DNA of 64,000 bases from positions 496,001-560,000 of the forward strand of contig JANJGN010000121.1 of assembly GCA_026770705.1 (NCBI GenBank). Reading direction: 5' to 3'. The position numbers were made by a program, and so were the translations under genes. Source of the DNA: Isurus oxyrinchus (Eukaryota). Below the pieces are notes generated by a model. It ran no database searches, was not told where the DNA came from, and saw only the letters and a list, made by a program, of their open reading frames with translations. Of the stretch, positions 62,001-64,000 are shown piece by piece; position 1 is the first letter of the stretch, and the number at the start of each line of letters is the position of its first letter.

Positions 62001-63139
62001 TTAATTGATTGATACATTTTTTTCTTATTCATTTCAGGGATGTTGGTGTCGCTGACTAGGCCAGTATTTGTTGCCCATCCCCATTTGCCTTTGAGAACAT
62101 ATGGATATCTGAGTTAGGATCAGGAGTAGGTCACTCAGCCCCTCGAACCTGCTCCGCCATTCAGTAAGATCATGGCTGATCTGATTGTCACCTCAACCTC
62201 ACATTCCTGCCTACCCCCAATGACCTTTCACCCCCTTGTTAATCAAGAATCTATCTAGCTCTGTGGAAGGGGAGCCAATCAATCGGGCTGCTTTGTCCTG
62301 GATGGTGTCAAGCTTCTTGAGTGTTGTTGGAGCTGTGCTCATCCAGGCATGTGGAGAGTATTCCATCACACTCCTGACTTGTGCGTTGTAGATGGTGGAC
62401 AGGATTTGGGGAGTCAGGAGGTGTGTTACTGTCTGCAGGGTTCCCAGCCTCTGACCTGCTCTTGCAGCCACAGTGTTTATATGGCTGGTCCAGTTCAGTT
62501 TCTGCTCAATGGTAACTCCCAGGATGTTGATATTGGGGGATTCAGTGATGGTAATGCCATTGAATGCCAAGGGGCGATGGTTATGAATGGTCTGTGGGAT
62601 ACTCTGGTACAAAATTTCAACACTCGGACTCCAGATGCAATATTCAAGTGGTTCCTTTATTAGGCATGTGGGGAGCAAACGCTGGGCAGTACAGGTGCTT
62701 CTCCACCGAGGTTCAAATGAGCACAGTTTATATATTTTTTACTCTCAGTTACAAGGTAATGGTATTAGTTAGACAAAGGCCACAGCACAATGATCCTCCG
62801 GTGGGCTGATAATTGTGTTCTTGTACAGTAATTACAGGGCAGAGACTGGCTATTGTCCTTTTGAGACAGCAAAGAATCTATGTTTGTTCGATACAAAAGG
62901 TTTCCGGAGGCTGACTGGATGTGGTTCAAGGCCATCGGAGGGTGTGAAATAACCTTCCCGATTTCTTGATTGAGTCACCCTGTGTCCTTGTGTGTGTGTC
63001 TCCCATTTCCTCATTGCAAATTTACAGCTGAGCCCTTTGTACAGGTTTTTAGCTTTCACGTAAGGATGTGTACGCTTTGGCACCCTAGCTGCTGGTCCTG
63101 GCTGGCTCTTTAAAATAAATCCAAATTTTCTGCGCCTTC

Positions 63140-64000
63140 AGTTAGATTCTCTCTTGTTGGAGCTGGTCATTGCCTGGCACTTGTGTGGCATGAATGTTAC
63201 TTGTCACCTGTCAGCCCAAGCCTGGATGTTGTCCAGGTCTTGCTGCATTTGGACATAACTTGCTTCAGTATCTGAGGAGCCGTGAATGGTGCTGAACATT
63301 GTGCAAACATCAGCAAATATCCCCACTTCTGACCTTATGATGGAAGGAAGGACATTGATGAAGCAGCTGAAGATGGTTGAGCCTAGGACACTACCCTGGA
63401 ACTCCTGCAGTGATGTCCTGGAACTGAGATGATTGACCCCCAACAATCACAACCATCATCCTTTGTGCTAAGTATGACTCCAAACAGCAGAGAGTTTTCC
63501 CCCGATTCCCATTGACTCCAGTTTTGCTCGGGCTCCTTGATTTGCCACACTCAGTCAAATGCTGCCTTGATGTCAAGGGCAGTCCCTCTCACCTCTGGAG
63601 TTCAGCTCATTTGTGCATGTTTGAACCAAGGCTGTAATGAGGCCAGGAGCTGAATGATCCTGGTGGAACACAAACTGAGCGTCAGTGAGCAGGTTCTTGG
63701 TAAGCAGGTGCTGCTTGCAAGCGCTGTTGATGACCCCTTCCATCACTTTAGTAATGATCAAGAATAGACTGCTGGGGAATTGGCTGGGTTGGATTTGTCC
63801 TGCTTTTTGTGTACAGGACGTACCCCATAGCCGGGTAGTTGCCAGTGTTGCAGCTGTACTAGAAAATTCCAGAAAAGCTTGGCTAGGGGCGCAGCAAGTT
63901 CTGGAGCACAAGTCTTCAGTACTATTGCCAGAATATTGTCAGGGCCTGGAGCCTTTGCAATATCCAGTGCCTTCAGCCCTTTCTTGATGTCACGTGGAAT
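63140..64000 (-). mobile_element. Non-LTR retrotransposon RT fragment
   Basis: QGSVLGSTIFSCFINVLP...IFADV...MQQDLDNIQAWADR, with frameshifts. Confidence 0.85.

Overview
Vertebrate genomic DNA, most likely a cartilaginous fish (inferred from the CR1/L2/Penelope/Deu-SINE-like repeat content). Reading splice sites and phases by hand shows a tandem cluster of Siglec-like Ig-superfamily receptor genes that the ORF track only shows in fragments. G1 (minus, ~10.5 kb to off-window left): leader-V-V-... G2 (minus, ~18.3-13.25 kb): leader-V-C2-[dead C2]-TM with Arg and a 12-aa tail, activating type, 283 aa. G3 (minus, ~37.25-22.4 kb): leader-V-V-C2-C2-C2-TM-three cytoplasmic exons with three YxN motifs and a C-terminal ITIM, 680 aa. 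A triplicated, apparently orphan set of ITSM-bearing tail exons lies at 42.6-48.8 kb (minus). G4 (plus, ~50.0-59.7 kb): leader-V-[dead V]-C2-[dead C2]-TM with Arg, activating type, 280 aa, an inverted duplicate of G1/G2 sequence. The seven V exons have a nearly invariant framework but hypervariable BC/CC' loops. The best candidate for a novel system is a paired-receptor Siglec-like family with three interchangeable signalling ends. It includes an 85-nt exon that sits in the 5'UTR position of every gene yet fits as the coding juxtamembrane exon of G3, and a position-specific extra cysteine that suggests a V-V interdomain disulfide. The rest is retroelement debris and TE-derived tandem arrays, with two assembly gaps. 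All gene models are manual predictions without transcript evidence.
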